In this document: positions 10,239 to 19,048 of the stretch, one piece after another | Layout of the letters: the number at the start of each line of letters is the position of its first letter | Numbering within the stretch: the stretch's first letter is position 1 | NCBI GenBank assembly: GCA_937921595.1 | Contig: CAKZTD010000023.1 | Coordinates: 12,742-76,741, forward strand | From: an uncultured Saprospiraceae bacterium | Lineage (GTDB): Bacteria > Bacteroidota > Bacteroidia > Chitinophagales > Saprospiraceae | Direction of reading: 5' to 3' | DNA length: 64,000 nt | The notes under the pieces: model-generated | What the model saw: only the letters and a program-made list of their open reading frames with translations | Told to the model about the DNA's origin: nothing | Databases searched by the model: none | Made by a program: the position numbers and the translations under genes

Positions 10239-11180
10239 TTTTTTTGTTTTTTAAGGTTAAAAATTATTACATACTACACACCATTTTATAGGTGCTAAAA
10301 GATCTGCTTTAATAGCAATTTTGTTTATGGTTATACAGACAATGATAATGTTGGAGGCTATATCAATAGATCTGAAACCTGGTTAAATATTTATAATCAA
10401 TGATTGATGTTGTTCAACATTAAAGAAAATGTTGAAATAAAAGAGTTATGTATTTTCGTTTCGCAGTTGTAAGTTTTTTTGGGGTTAAAAAGTAAAAAAT
10501 ATTGTAAGTTAAAAAATAGCAAAATAGCCTTTGCCTCTTATCATAGATAAGAATCAATAAGAAAATATTAATCAGAAAGATTATTTGAAAATATAATTTG
10601 ACTCAAAGACTTGAGTCTACTGTTGCATTGTAGCTGCAGAAGAATTGTTCTGTAGTTCATTTAGTTTTTGTTTTTATGGGTTATTTTTTCTTAGCTGAAA
10701 GCGATGATCACTAGAGTATATTTTTCAAGTGAAAAAGCTTAAAAGCTTAGGGAATTTATAAGACTAACAAATAAATTCAATACAAATTTAAAATTTTTTT
10801 CTTTTAAAAGTCAATTTTTCATACAAAAATCACGAATCCGAATTGTTAAGAGCTCTATTATTAAGCATTTTTATTAAAAATAAAACAATACATTAACGAA
10901 TTTTCAATTATTTAAACAAAAGTCTACCATTGATTTAGGCTTGAAAATCTATTTTGAAGAAAAGAAATCAGCAGAAATACAAAAAATATGAATTCCCAAC
11001 ATACTTTAGGATTCAACTTTTCTATCAAACCAATCACTTCGTTTTGAATCTTGAAAAAAGTGAAGATTTTTTTGAAAAATATCTTTATAATAAGGGGAAT
11101 AAACCTTATCTTTGCACTCCGAAAGTAAAATTTACTCAAAAGAGAGTATTTACACCTTATACATATAAGGTATAACACAT

Positions 11181-11257
11181 GGCTTCATAGCTCAACTGGA
11201 TAGAGTCCTTGACTACGAATCAAGAGGTTGCAAGTTCGAATCTTGCTGAGGTCACCA
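11181..11257 (+). tRNA. tRNA-Arg (anticodon ACG)
   Basis: Hand-folded cloverleaf. Acceptor stem GGCTTCA/TGAGGTC (two G-U pairs), D arm GCTC-AACTGGATA-GAGT, anticodon stem CTTGA/TCAAG with loop CTACGAA, T arm GCAAG-TTCGAAT-CTTGC, encoded CCA. Confidence 0.9.
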
Positions 11258-11343
11258 AGACAATGAATGAATGAGGAGATTATTTTATAAAAACCTACAT
11301 TCCGCTTCATGCTTTAATTAATCATTCTTAATTACGATAGACT

Positions 11344-11592
11344 ATGTCTAAAATTTGCGAACTAACAGGTAAAAGACCAATTTCAGGTCACCACGTGTCT
11401 CACTCTAACAGAAAGACAAAACGTCGTTTTTTGCCTAATTTACAGAAGAAAAGATTGTTTATTCCAGAAACTGGAGAGTGGGTAACTTTAAAAATATCTA
11501 CTAGTGCGCTTAAAACAATCAATAAGCTAGGTATTCATGCTTACCTTAAAAAATTGGAAAGCAAAGGTTTATATACTGGAATCAAGCTTTAA
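11344..11592 (+). CDS. rpmB: 50S ribosomal protein L28
   Basis: MSKICELTGKRPISGHHVSHSNRKTKRRFLPNL aligns with the canonical L28 N-terminus. Confidence 0.95.
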   Translation: MSKICELTGKRPISGHHVSHSNRKTKRRFLPNLQKKRLFIPETGEWVTLKISTSALKTINKLGIHAYLKKLESKGLYTGIKL

Positions 11593-11624
11593 TTCAAACG
11601 TTAATAATTTAAATACCATATATC

Positions 11625-11813
11625 ATGGCAAAAAGATCTAAAGGCAATCGCCAACAAGTAATCTTAGAGTGTACAGAGCACAAAACAAGTGGTAAGCCAG
11701 GTACTAGCCGTTATATCACTACAAAGAATAGAAAAAACACTCCTGAGCGATTGGAATTAAAGAAATTTAATCCGATATTGAAGAAGTACACAGTACACAG
11801 AGAGATTAAGTAA
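11625..11813 (+). CDS. rpmG: 50S ribosomal protein L33
   Basis: [21 protein letters not shown] is the canonical L33 core. Confidence 0.95.
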   Translation: MAKRSKGNRQQVILECTEHKTSGKPGTSRYITTKNRKNTPERLELKKFNPILKKYTVHREIK

Positions 11814-11853
11814 TCTTCTCATTTATTTTCTAACTTTTTAATATCTAATAGCT

Positions 11854-12030
11854 ATGGCTAAGAAAGTATCTAAAAACTCCAGAGTAGGAAAACGTGCAGC
11901 AAATGCTGGATCTGGTCGTGATTTCGTGAAAGTAGTGAAAAGCGTCAAAGACCCTGTTACTGGAAAATACTCTTACAAAGAAGTAATGCTCCACAAAGAT
12001 GGTGTAAAAGAATTCTTTGCTAAAAAATAA
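11854..12030 (+). CDS. DUF4295 family small protein
   Basis: 58-aa ORF absent from the ORF track: MAKKVSKNSRVGKRAANAGSGRDFVKVVKSVKDPVTGKYSYKEVMLHKDGVKEFFAKK. It occupies the conserved Bacteroidota position after rpmB-rpmG. Confidence 0.75.
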   Translation: MAKKVSKNSRVGKRAANAGSGRDFVKVVKSVKDPVTGKYSYKEVMLHKDGVKEFFAKK

Positions 12031-12063
12031 TTATACCTCATCATTTTTGGTATATTAATCGAA

Positions 12064-12094
12064 AGGCTTTTCTTGAAACAAGGAAAGCCTTTTG
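12064..12094 (+). terminator. terminator after the rpmB-rpmG-DUF4295 unit
   Basis: aggcttttcttg-aaa-caaggaaagcct stem (one mismatch) followed by tttg. Confidence 0.6.
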
Positions 12095-12181
12095 TATATT
12101 TGTGAATTAAGGGATTCGACATTGGACAAAACATTTAGCTTTGGTTCATTGTTCTCACAAAAACTTGACAATTAAATATCT

Positions 12182-13138
12182 ATGGGCTTTTTTGGTAAAT
12201 TTTTTAATAAAAAGAAGGAAGAAGAACTTGACAAAGGATTAGAAAAAACGAAAACTGGTTTTTTCAATAAAATATCTAGAGCAATCGCTGGTAAAGCGAC
12301 CGTTGATGTTGAAGTCCTCGATGAGTTGGAAAGCATCCTGATCTCTTCGGATGTTGGATTAGATACCACTGTAAAAATTATAGAAAGAATTGAAGCTAGA
12401 GTTGCTAGAGATAAATACATCAATACGACAGAGCTCAATGAAATTCTAAAAGATGAAATCGTTCAATTATTGAGCGAAAACGTTACTGAAGAAATTCATG
12501 ACTTCACCCCTCCTGCTGATAAAAAACCATACGTTTTGCTTTTCGTAGGTGTCAATGGAGTTGGTAAAACGACAACCATCGGGAAATTAGCCCATCAATA
12601 TAAACAGCAAGGTCTCAAGGTTGTGCTTGGTGCTGGTGATACTTTCCGAGCTGCTGCTGTAGATCAACTCAAGATTTGGGCGGATCGAGTTGGCTGTGAT
12701 TTTTTCAGCAAAGGAATGAATACCGATCCTGCTGCAGTGGCTTACGAGACTGTTCAATATGCGATCAACAACAATTGCGATGTTGCGATCATTGATACCG
12801 CTGGTCGTCTTCATAATAAAAAACACTTGATGGAAGAGCTGACCAAGATCAAAAAATCAGCTGATAAAAAACTAGCTGGTGCTCCCCATGACGTTATCCT
12901 TGTACTCGATGCGACCACAGGTCAAAATGCGATCGAACAAGCGACTCACTTTACTGCAGCAACGGATGTTACCTCTCTTGCATTAACAAAATTAGATGGC
13001 ACTGCAAAGGGTGGAGTTGCAATTGGAATTAGCGATCAATTTAAAATTCCAATTAAATATCTCGGTGTTGGAGAAGGTATTGAGCAGATTCAGGTTTTCA
13101 ACAAACGTGCTTTTGTGGATTCTCTTTTTAAAAAGTAA
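12182..13138 (+). CDS. ftsY: signal recognition particle receptor FtsY
   Basis: SRP GTPase motifs GVNGVGKTTTIGKLA, DTAGR and TKLDGTAKGG. Confidence 0.95.
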   Translation: MGFFGKFFNKKKEEELDKGLEKTKTGFFNKISRAIAGKATVDVEVLDELESILISSDVGLDTTVKIIERIEARVARDKYINTTELNEILKDEIVQLLSENVTEEIHDFTPPADKKPYVLLFVGVNGVGKTTTIGKLAHQYKQQGLKVVLGAGDTFRAAAVDQLKIWADRVGCDFFSKGMNTDPAAVAYETVQYAINNNCDVAIIDTAGRLHNKKHLMEELTKIKKSADKKLAGAPHDVILVLDATTGQNAIEQATHFTAATDVTSLALTKLDGTAKGGVAIGISDQFKIPIKYLGVGEGIEQIQVFNKRAFVDSLFKK

Positions 13139-13189
13139 ATAAACGAAAAGAATTATTTATTCAAGATAATTCTAATAGAAAACAAAAAA

Positions 13190-13227
13190 GCCTTCCAGAA
13201 CTCAAAAATCTGGAAGGCCTTTTTTTG
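13190..13227 (+). terminator. rho-independent terminator after ftsY
   Basis: gccttccaga-N8-tctggaaggc stem followed by a T-run. Confidence 0.8.
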
Positions 13228-13637
13228 TTTTTTTTTTAAAACATTGTTTCTTATAACATTTTTTTATTATATTAGCATTATAACTTCAATAACCAAAAAA
13301 CAGTACCAATGAAAACCAATTCCGCTTAAGGATTTTTCTATTATGGAAAGATTCTAATGAATCCCAAACTTCAATTTTTATCTTTCCAAACTTACCTAGC
13401 TGATACTACTTACAAATCAGAATTTGATATTCCAATCATATTCTTTTCAAATTTTCAAGGGAGAAAAACATTAAAAATTATTCTTAGCTAATCTGAATAC
13501 TGTTCATGTATTCACACAGTTCGTGTATTCTTTGAACGCTAAAATATCTAAGTCGTATGACTTGGACTGTCTTTGTTATGTCTGAACTTGTTCCATAATC
13601 CACCTGTACTTTATGACAGGCAAAAACCAAATGAAAT

Positions 13638-14237
13638 TTGATATTCAAAGCACTAAATATCATCAAGTCAGAACTTAGTCTTCACCTCGCTCCTCATCTT
13701 AGAGAAGAGGAGTCGGTGATACTCGGTAATATTGCAATGCTAGAAAGCAATACTGGCCCAGGCAATGGCAATGCGAATATATTAGATGGGAAAGTCGTCA
13801 TTTCTCTGGTCGGTGTCCAACAAGAAAAGGCACTTAGAAATCTTCCAAATTTCAAAGTACAAAATGGACAAACCATTTATAAAAATGCACCCGTTCATGT
13901 CAATCTCTTTGTACTCATTTCAGCGAACAGTAGTAAGTATGAAACTTCTTTAAAATATCTATCGCAGGTTATTAAATTTTTCCAAGGCAAAAATATATTC
14001 ACTCATCTTGATTCATTTGAAAAGAATAATGATCCCGATGCCGATCAACAAGAACAGGAAGCATTCCGATTATTGATTGATTTACATTCTACCACTTTTG
14101 AAGAATCAAATTATTTATGGAGTACACTCGGTGGAAAACAATTGCCTGCTGCTTGTTATAAAATAAGAGTTCTGGCATTGGAAAGAGATATTCCTCAAGG
14201 TACTAGTGGTACAATAAAAGAAATTACGATAAAATAA
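13638..14237 (+). CDS. eCIS cap/tail terminator (DUF4255, Afp16/Pvc16-like)
   Basis: TTG start. The pattern ISLVGVQQEKALRNLP...PVHVNLFVLISANSSKYETSLKYLSQVIKFFQ matches my memory of the Pvc16_N/DUF4255 family. It is the first gene of the contractile locus. Confidence 0.7.
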   Translation: MIFKALNIIKSELSLHLAPHLREEESVILGNIAMLESNTGPGNGNANILDGKVVISLVGVQQEKALRNLPNFKVQNGQTIYKNAPVHVNLFVLISANSSKYETSLKYLSQVIKFFQGKNIFTHLDSFEKNNDPDADQQEQEAFRLLIDLHSTTFEESNYLWSTLGGKQLPAACYKIRVLALERDIPQGTSGTIKEITIK

Positions 14238-14252
14238 AATAAGTATTTATAA

Positions 14253-15614
14253 ATGGCCATCACGATAAAATATAAAATCCTTTTTTCTATTGATCTCTTG
14301 CATCATTATTTCCTCGATAAAGGAGTAGACCACTATGAATCTTTGAATGCAGATCAAAAGATTAAGCAATTGGCTTTTTATGATATTCGAAATTTCATAA
14401 CACTCACTCCTACTCCATCTTGTCTGGAAATAATTAAAAACCATAATCTTATTTTCAGGCCAACGCCAACAGGTATACTAATTGGTTCGAAAATCGACCC
14501 TGATAATGATCAGCCATTTGTTGATATTTCGATTGATACAAAATTTACTTTTATTTTAAATTTAAAAAGTCAGAGCTTTTTTAATTTCACTGCTTTGCCA
14601 TTGAATTTCGGTTCACCTCAATGTTTTTATTTTAATAATCTTGAAAAAGACTCTTCCAGTTTTTTAAACCTTTCAAAAAATCCAGAAGTATTTTCTGAAG
14701 GCTTGGCTTATCAAGCTGGAAGCATCGTATCCAATGCCGATGGGTCTGAAATTTTCACTATAAAAAACAATACCGATAATGCTTCAAATATAGATCGGCT
14801 AAAAGATACTCCAGCTCCTATTTTCGACAATAATGAAGATTATAAAAAAGGAGATATCATTTTAATAAATATTGCAGGTATTGATCAACTTTTCGAATCA
14901 AAAATTGATGATCCTGTTGATACTCCCGTTGATCTTCCTGGGAATGACTGGAATAAGCTTAGAGACTTACCACTCAACTATGCCAATAAAAATGACCTAA
15001 TTCATATTCGGAAACCAATCCATAATTATTCTCTTCCTTCGGATGATATTGAAGCAACTGCTACCCTCTCGGAAGTTCAATCTAATGGCCTTTTACTTAT
15101 AAAAACAGATGCCATTGAAAACACTAATTCATTTCAGTTTGATTGGAGAACAATTCCTTCAGGATTATATCAATTTGAAGTAAGCGACAATAACTTACTA
15201 GATGCTGATCCAGGAAAAATTATAAGCCAGGAAGTTTTTTATTTAAATAATGCCGCTTTCCAATCTCCTCCTTTTGGTATCATCGAAATTTATGCAAGTC
15301 GATCTGATGATAATAATTATGCCTTGTTACAAACAAATGGAACCTTTAAAACCACCGAAAGTCAATTCATCCTCCGTTTCAAAAACAGAGCGACAATCTG
15401 GAGATATATTTTCAGAGAAGCTCAGGCAGTCGATGGTGCTGATGATGTGAGTATTGAAAATGGAGACGATAAAATTTTAATCACCAACGAAATAAAACCC
15501 TTAACCAAAAATGGTTTAATAGAAATCAATAAAGGTGAAAATCAATTACCAAATCCAAATTCTAACATGATAAAACCAGAAACCAATAATATATTTTCTG
15601 AAATCTATTTATAA
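14253..15614 (+). CDS. eCIS-associated protein of unknown function (between cap and sheath)
   Basis: Clean 453-aa ORF 15 nt after the cap gene. No motif recognised. Confidence 0.6.
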   Translation: MAITIKYKILFSIDLLHHYFLDKGVDHYESLNADQKIKQLAFYDIRNFITLTPTPSCLEIIKNHNLIFRPTPTGILIGSKIDPDNDQPFVDISIDTKFTFILNLKSQSFFNFTALPLNFGSPQCFYFNNLEKDSSSFLNLSKNPEVFSEGLAYQAGSIVSNADGSEIFTIKNNTDNASNIDRLKDTPAPIFDNNEDYKKGDIILINIAGIDQLFESKIDDPVDTPVDLPGNDWNKLRDLPLNYANKNDLIHIRKPIHNYSLPSDDIEATATLSEVQSNGLLLIKTDAIENTNSFQFDWRTIPSGLYQFEVSDNNLLDADPGKIISQEVFYLNNAAFQSPPFGIIEIYASRSDDNNYALLQTNGTFKTTESQFILRFKNRATIWRYIFREAQAVDGADDVSIENGDDKILITNEIKPLTKNGLIEINKGENQLPNPNSNMIKPETNNIFSEIYL

Positions 15615-15619
15615 AAAAG

Positions 15620-15737
15620 AATCAAAATCAAAAATTGACCTCGTGATGGCTTTTCTCTATTTTCAATAAATAAGCAACAGAAGACTGAATTCAACAAGCT
15701 TCTTAATTAAAAAACTAAGCCCATTTTGATTTTGATT
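15620..15737. promoter_or_regulatory. inverted pair of the same motif upstream of the sheath gene
   Basis: aatcaaaatcaaaaa (15620-15634) and cccattttgattttgatt (15720-15737) flank 85 bp. The right arm is the exact 18-nt reverse complement of 5614-5631 and ends 61 nt before the ATG at 15799. Confidence 0.5.
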
Positions 15738-15798
15738 GAAATTTTGATTGAATATAAAAACTGAATATTTCCACTTAAAACTAAAAAAACAATAAAAT

Positions 15799-17211
15799 AT
15801 GGCAATCACAACAAAAACCCCGGGCGTATACATAGAAGAGGTTTCCAAATTCCCACCTTCTGTTGCTCAGGTCGAAACCGCAATTCCTGCTTTTTATGGC
15901 TACACTCGTAAGGCAATGGAAAACAGACCCAACGATTTACAAAACAAAGCCAAGCGGATCAAATCCATGGCCGAATATGCTCAATACTATGGCGATGCTC
16001 CTAATCAAGCCATCATTCTAAGCGTCGGAGATGACAATCTTCCAAACGGAGCTCGCGTTGATGCCCCTTCCGCTTTCAGAATGTTTTACGCACTGAATAT
16101 GTATTTCGCAAACGGAGGCGGTCCTTGTTATATCGTTTCCATCGGTAGTTATACAGACGGCATTGCCATTGCTAATTTCAATACAGGATTAGACGTAGCC
16201 AAAAAAATAGATGAGATCACACTGTATGTTTTCCCAGATGCTCATGGATTGAATAATGCCGCAACTTATCATACGCTATATGCTTCTTCTATCGCGCAAT
16301 GTGCTGCATTACAAGACCGTTTTACCATCATGGATGTAAGAATGACTGAAACAGATCCAGCAGACGTCATGGCTCCTGTTACAACTTTTAGAAACGCAAA
16401 CTTAGGTGATGCTTTTGGACACAAGTACGCAGCAACTTATTACCCTTGGGTGAAAACAGTTTTGAATTATGCTTACACTGATGATGATATTTCTATAGAA
16501 CATACTTTAGCAGATACTTCACCTGGAGCATTAAATGGAGTCACACTTACCGCAGCCAAAGGAGGAGCAGATGCAGCACTCATTAGCAATGAGTTTGAAA
16601 ATAAAATGAAATTAAAAATCAACGACGTTTATGTTAATCTTCCACCATCATCTTTGATCGCTGGAGTTTATGCAAACGTCGATCGTACCAGAGGTGTTTG
16701 GAAAGCACCAGCCAATGTTGGCCTTGCTTCTATCGTAGGACCGACAACGATTATCTCTCATGAAGATCAAATGGAAATGAATGTTCATTCTTCGGGACGT
16801 TCCGTCAATGCGATCCGAAGTTTCACTGGAAAAGGAACTCTAGTCTGGGGAGCCAGGACATTAGCAGGTAATGATAACGAATGGAGATATGTCCCCGTCA
16901 GGCGTTTTTTCAACATGGTAGAAGAGTCCGTAAAAAAAGCTTCCGAACAGTTTGTCTTCGAACCAAATGATGCAAATACTTGGGTGAAGGTAAGAGCCAT
17001 GATCGAAAACTTTCTAACCCTTCAATGGAGAGCAGGTGCCCTAGCAGGTGCAACACCAGAACATGCTTTTTATGTAAGAGTAGGTTTAGGTTCTACCATG
17101 ACAGCCATCGACATCCTAGAAGGAAAGATGATCGTCGAAATTGGAATGGCCGCAGTCCGTCCAGCAGAATTTATCATCCTAAGATTCTCTCACAAAATGC
17201 AAGAATCTTAG
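15799..17211 (+). CDS. contractile tail sheath protein (Afp2/Pvc2 class)
   Basis: N-terminus TKTPGVYIEEVSKFPPSVAQVETAIPAF and C-terminal GKGTLVWGARTLAGNDNEWRYVPVRR are hallmark phage-sheath motifs. Confidence 0.95.
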   Translation: MAITTKTPGVYIEEVSKFPPSVAQVETAIPAFYGYTRKAMENRPNDLQNKAKRIKSMAEYAQYYGDAPNQAIILSVGDDNLPNGARVDAPSAFRMFYALNMYFANGGGPCYIVSIGSYTDGIAIANFNTGLDVAKKIDEITLYVFPDAHGLNNAATYHTLYASSIAQCAALQDRFTIMDVRMTETDPADVMAPVTTFRNANLGDAFGHKYAATYYPWVKTVLNYAYTDDDISIEHTLADTSPGALNGVTLTAAKGGADAALISNEFENKMKLKINDVYVNLPPSSLIAGVYANVDRTRGVWKAPANVGLASIVGPTTIISHEDQMEMNVHSSGRSVNAIRSFTGKGTLVWGARTLAGNDNEWRYVPVRRFFNMVEESVKKASEQFVFEPNDANTWVKVRAMIENFLTLQWRAGALAGATPEHAFYVRVGLGSTMTAIDILEGKMIVEIGMAAVRPAEFIILRFSHKMQES

Positions 17212-17253
17212 AACTACCAAACCTTTAATTAAAATTATAAAATACTAAATCAT

Positions 17254-17685
17254 ATGTCAAACTATCCATTATCAAAATTCCACTTTCAGGTAGAATGGGG
17301 AGGAACAAAAATCGGATTCACAGAAGTATCTGGCCTCGACGTAGAAACCGAAGTTATTGAATATCGTCACGGCGCCAGCGTCGAATATCATAAAACCAAA
17401 ATGCCAGGAATGCGAAAATTTTCCAACATCACCATGAAGCGAGGAACTTTTGCTTCAGACAATGAATATTATGCTTGGTACAATACCGTTCGACTCAATC
17501 AAATAGAAAGAAGAGATCTCACCATTTCTCTTTTAAATGAAGAACATGAACCCGTCATCGTCTGGAAAGTGAAAAATGCTTGGCCAACTAAAGTTCAATC
17601 TACGGATTTAAAAGCAGATGGAAATGAAGTCGCTATAGAATCTATAGAACTCGCTCATGAAGGATTAGTAATTCAAAATGATTAA
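17254..17685 (+). CDS. tail tube protein (T4 gp19-like; Afp1/Pvc1 class)
   Basis: 143 aa. YPLSKFHFQVEWGGTKIGFTEVSGLD is the typical eCIS tube N-terminus. Confidence 0.9.
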   Translation: MSNYPLSKFHFQVEWGGTKIGFTEVSGLDVETEVIEYRHGASVEYHKTKMPGMRKFSNITMKRGTFASDNEYYAWYNTVRLNQIERRDLTISLLNEEHEPVIVWKVKNAWPTKVQSTDLKADGNEVAIESIELAHEGLVIQND

Positions 17686-17688
17686 TCA

Positions 17689-18132
17689 ATGTTTGATCAT
17701 CCTCCAGTAAGTTTTCATTTTTTAGTGTCTTTTGTGGATTTCCAATTTGCTCCAGATGTGATGTTTCAATCGGTCTCTGGATTAGACGTAAGTCTCGAAA
17801 CAGAAGCCTACCGTGAAGGTGGAGAGAATCGTTTCGAACATACACTTCCCGTAAGGGCAAGATATTCAAACTTGACGTTAAAAAGAGGGCTCTTTGTAAG
17901 TTCTCAATTGATCGATTGGTGCATGGATACTTTCAATAACATGGAAGTAAAGCCAGTAACTTTAATTGTCTCGCTTTTAAATGATTTGCATGTTCCAATC
18001 ATGACTTGGAATGTGGTCAATGCCTTTCCGGTCAAATGGTCGGTATCCGAATTGAATGCAGAACAAAGTCAGATAGCCATCGAATCTATTGAATTAAAAT
18101 ATCAATATTTCAAACTCATCAAACCTGGATAA
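17689..18132 (+). CDS. second tail tube paralogue (Afp5/Pvc5 class)
   Basis: 147 aa. PPVSFHFLVSF...FQSVSGLDVSLETEAYREGGEN. Paralogous to the preceding gene. Confidence 0.9.
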   Translation: MFDHPPVSFHFLVSFVDFQFAPDVMFQSVSGLDVSLETEAYREGGENRFEHTLPVRARYSNLTLKRGLFVSSQLIDWCMDTFNNMEVKPVTLIVSLLNDLHVPIMTWNVVNAFPVKWSVSELNAEQSQIAIESIELKYQYFKLIKPG

Positions 18133-18133
18133 T

Positions 18134-18292
18134 ATGCCAATTGAAATAAGAGAATTAGTCGTTAAAATGTCTATAAATGATTCTGACAAACAATCAGAAA
18201 CAACAAAAGGATCGAGTTCCAACAAGGAAGCCATTATTAATGAATGTATGGAACAGGTTTCTAATTTTTTTAAAAGCAAAAAAGAACGTTAG
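18134..18292 (+). CDS. DUF5908-like micro-protein
   Basis: 52-aa ORF not in the ORF track (MPIEIRELVVKMSINDSDKQSETTKGSSSNKEAIINECMEQVSNFFKSKKER). It starts 1 nt after the tube-gene stop, and its TAG abuts the next ATG (tagatg). The N-terminus resembles small proteins seen at this position in Bacteroidota CIS loci. Confidence 0.6.
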   Translation: MPIEIRELVVKMSINDSDKQSETTKGSSSNKEAIINECMEQVSNFFKSKKER

Positions 18293-18982
18293 ATGTTTGA
18301 CCTCATTGGTACACCAAAGATGATCATTCGAGCTTATAACCAGCCAAGTTTCGCCAAGAGCGATCAGGTAGGTGATGATTATTCGGTCTTACTGAATCCT
18401 GAAAATTACTCGCTCAATTATGACATTGAATTCGAGGAAAATCAGGCTCCAGGAACGAGTGGTTCTGATTTGACTTTTAAAATGATCAAACCGCAAAAGC
18501 TGGAGTTCGAATTTCTCTTTGACCGGACCGGAGCTATTCCAGGTTCTGGTGATGTTGGTAAAGATGGCGTCCATAAAGACATCGATGAATTCAAGGAATT
18601 GACCATTGGTTTCGATGGCACTTCTCACCGAACAAAGTACTTAGTTCTAGCTTGGGGGAAATTATTATTTAAATGTTGTTGCACTAGTTTAAATGTTACT
18701 TACAAATTATTCAGACCAGATGGTGTACCACTCAGAGCAACCGCAAAGGCTCAATTTGAAGAATTCCGAGAAGCTGAACAGAGAGTTCGGGAAGAGAATA
18801 AAAACTCTCCAGACCTCACACATATCCGAACCGTGAAACGAGGAGATACACTTCCTTTGATGACACATAGAATCTATGGCGATTCAAAATACTATCTCGA
18901 AATAGCAAGAGTAAATCAAATATCAAATATTAGAAAACTGGAGGTTGGTCAAAAGATTTTCTTTCCTCCTATTAAAAAATAG
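18293..18982 (+). CDS. LysM-domain tube initiator/baseplate hub protein (Afp7/Pvc7 position)
   Basis: C-terminal LysM: HIRTVKRGDTLPLMTHRIYGDSKYYLEIARVNQISNIRKLEVGQKIFFP. Sits between the tube and spike genes. Confidence 0.75.
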   Translation: MFDLIGTPKMIIRAYNQPSFAKSDQVGDDYSVLLNPENYSLNYDIEFEENQAPGTSGSDLTFKMIKPQKLEFEFLFDRTGAIPGSGDVGKDGVHKDIDEFKELTIGFDGTSHRTKYLVLAWGKLLFKCCCTSLNVTYKLFRPDGVPLRATAKAQFEEFREAEQRVREENKNSPDLTHIRTVKRGDTLPLMTHRIYGDSKYYLEIARVNQISNIRKLEVGQKIFFPPIKK

Positions 18983-19048
18983 GTTCTTTATCAAACCCTG
19001 TGTTTGAGACAAAGCCGTAAACAATATCAACGCTTCCTATAGTCGTTT

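Noticed and set aside
10924-11178. Two overlapping ORFs (84 aa minus strand, 73 aa plus strand) in the AT-rich gap
   Set aside because: They overlap each other on opposite strands. They have Lys/Phe/Ile-rich compositions typical of random AT-rich DNA and abut the tRNA.
13484-13666. A 60-aa minus-strand ORF overlapping the start of the cap gene
   Set aside because: It has no motifs, crosses the putative eCIS promoter region and overlaps the DUF4255 start.
16980-17228. An 82-aa alternative-frame ORF at the 3' end of the sheath gene (a possible frameshift product)
   Set aside because: The sheath frame continues with conserved C-terminal sequence to its own stop. The alternative frame is Arg/Ser-rich junk, and no slippery site is evident.
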